DNA of 64,000 nt. It comes from Okamejei kenojei (lineage: Eukaryota). Positions 62,983-64,000 of this stretch are shown here, in pieces; the first letter of the stretch is position 1, and each line of letters begins with the position of its first letter. Under the pieces are notes generated by a model. It made no database searches, was not told where the DNA came from, and worked only from the letters and a program-made list of their open reading frames with translations. Where the stretch lies: contig CM069141.1 in NCBI GenBank assembly GCA_035221665.1, positions 28,396,001 through 28,460,000 of the forward strand, in the 5' to 3' direction. The translations under genes and the position numbers were made by a program.

Positions 62983-63160
62983 AGGGGCAACACGGTAGCG
63001 CAGCGGTACAGTTGCTGCCATACAACACTTGCAGTGCTCGAGACCCGGGTTCACTCCCGATTACGGGTGCTGCCTGTACGGAGTTTGTACTTTCTCCCCG
63101 TGATCTGCGTTGGTTTCCACACTCCAAAAGACGTACAGGTATGTAGGTTAATTGGCTTTG
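62983..63160 (+). mobile_element. HE1/V-type SINE, 5' part
   Basis: GGTAGCGCAGCGGTA A-box, GGGTTCACTCC B-box, central domain. Confidence 0.85.
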
Positions 63161-63261
63161 TCTTTATATAAAGACTCTGTTGTTCTTTGAGCTAAAGGAA
63201 TAGTTAGAAAATCTTTTAATAATTGAAAACATTTCAACATAACACGAATAATTGTTGTTTA

Positions 63262-63472
63262 CAGTGTGGAATTCATCGCCACAGACAGCTGTGGAGGCCA
63301 AGTCATCAGGTATTTTTAAAGTGGAAATGGACACGTTCTTGATTAGCAAGGGTGTTAAAGGTTATGGGGAGAAAGCAGGAGAATCGGGTTGAGAGAGAAA
63401 GATGGATCGGCCACAATTGAATTGCGGAGCAGACGTGAGGGGCCATATGGCCTAATTCTGCTCCTGTGACAT
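63262..63472 (+). mobile_element. CR1 3' end
   Basis: VWNS.PQ.AVEAKS.GIFK.EMD.FLISKGVKGYGEKAG plus 3' UTR. Confidence 0.85.
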
Positions 63473-64000
63473 GAAATATTTTAATTATTACGTTTTCTTC
63501 CGGCATTAAAATCTCTATTAAAATAAAGGGTCAGGTTTGGCATGTGCAAAGTCTAAGCTGGCATAGGATGCACAAACCTATTGCCCAGCACATCACAGCA
63601 CAAACTCAAGCACTCCATTTGATGTTCAGCATGAAAGATACTAACAGATTTGTATGCTGGAATCCATTAGCAAGTTTAGACCATCCATGCTCGTATACAT
63701 AGAAAGTGAAGTCCCAGATTTATGTGGGGAAATCCCCCATGGTTCATCACAGAACCTTTCTGGTAAGCAGAACGTTACTTCTTTACTTAAATAGTTCAAC
63801 ACTGATGAAATACAGGCACAGTTTGAGACCAATTCACAAAGGCTTTGATCCTGGAAATTGTTAGGAGCAGACTGCTGCAGAACATCTGCTTTGGAGCTGG
63901 CTTTGTAACCACTGGGAAAGTTTACAATGTCTTAAAAGTGTTTTTTTTTTTTATTCTTAACTTTTCTTTAACAAAAAAGCATTGATGTGACTGCTTTGCA

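Noticed and set aside
62983-63060. tRNA-like sequence with A and B boxes
   Set aside because: SINE head; continues into SINE body and lacks a full cloverleaf

Overview
Eukaryotic, AT-rich, repeat-dense vertebrate DNA with no credible host protein-coding exon. The repeat families (HE1/V-type tRNA-SINEs, CR1, Rex/Babar, Penelope, RTE, L1, Harbinger MITE) point to a cartilaginous fish, probably a skate or ray (inference). The only recognisable genes are invisible to the ORF track: the miR-143/miR-145 cluster on the + strand (51337-51399 and 54423-54506), followed by tandem AATAAA signals. The window is therefore most likely the orthologue of the CARMN/MIR143HG host-lncRNA locus and its upstream regulatory region. 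Every ORF I can recognise is a transposon fragment, a nested-transposon chimera or a spurious frame. The most unusual signals are: (i) two divergent GC-rich non-coding retroposons sharing a covarying internal RNA hairpin and a Rex/Babar-type 3' stem-loop; (ii) many small Penelope-derived elements carrying minimal hammerhead ribozyme motifs, several of them palindromic with clean TSDs; (iii) strand asymmetries consistent with a long + strand transcript. Boundaries of old repeats were read by eye and are approximate (tens of bp); family names come from motif recognition, not a database search.
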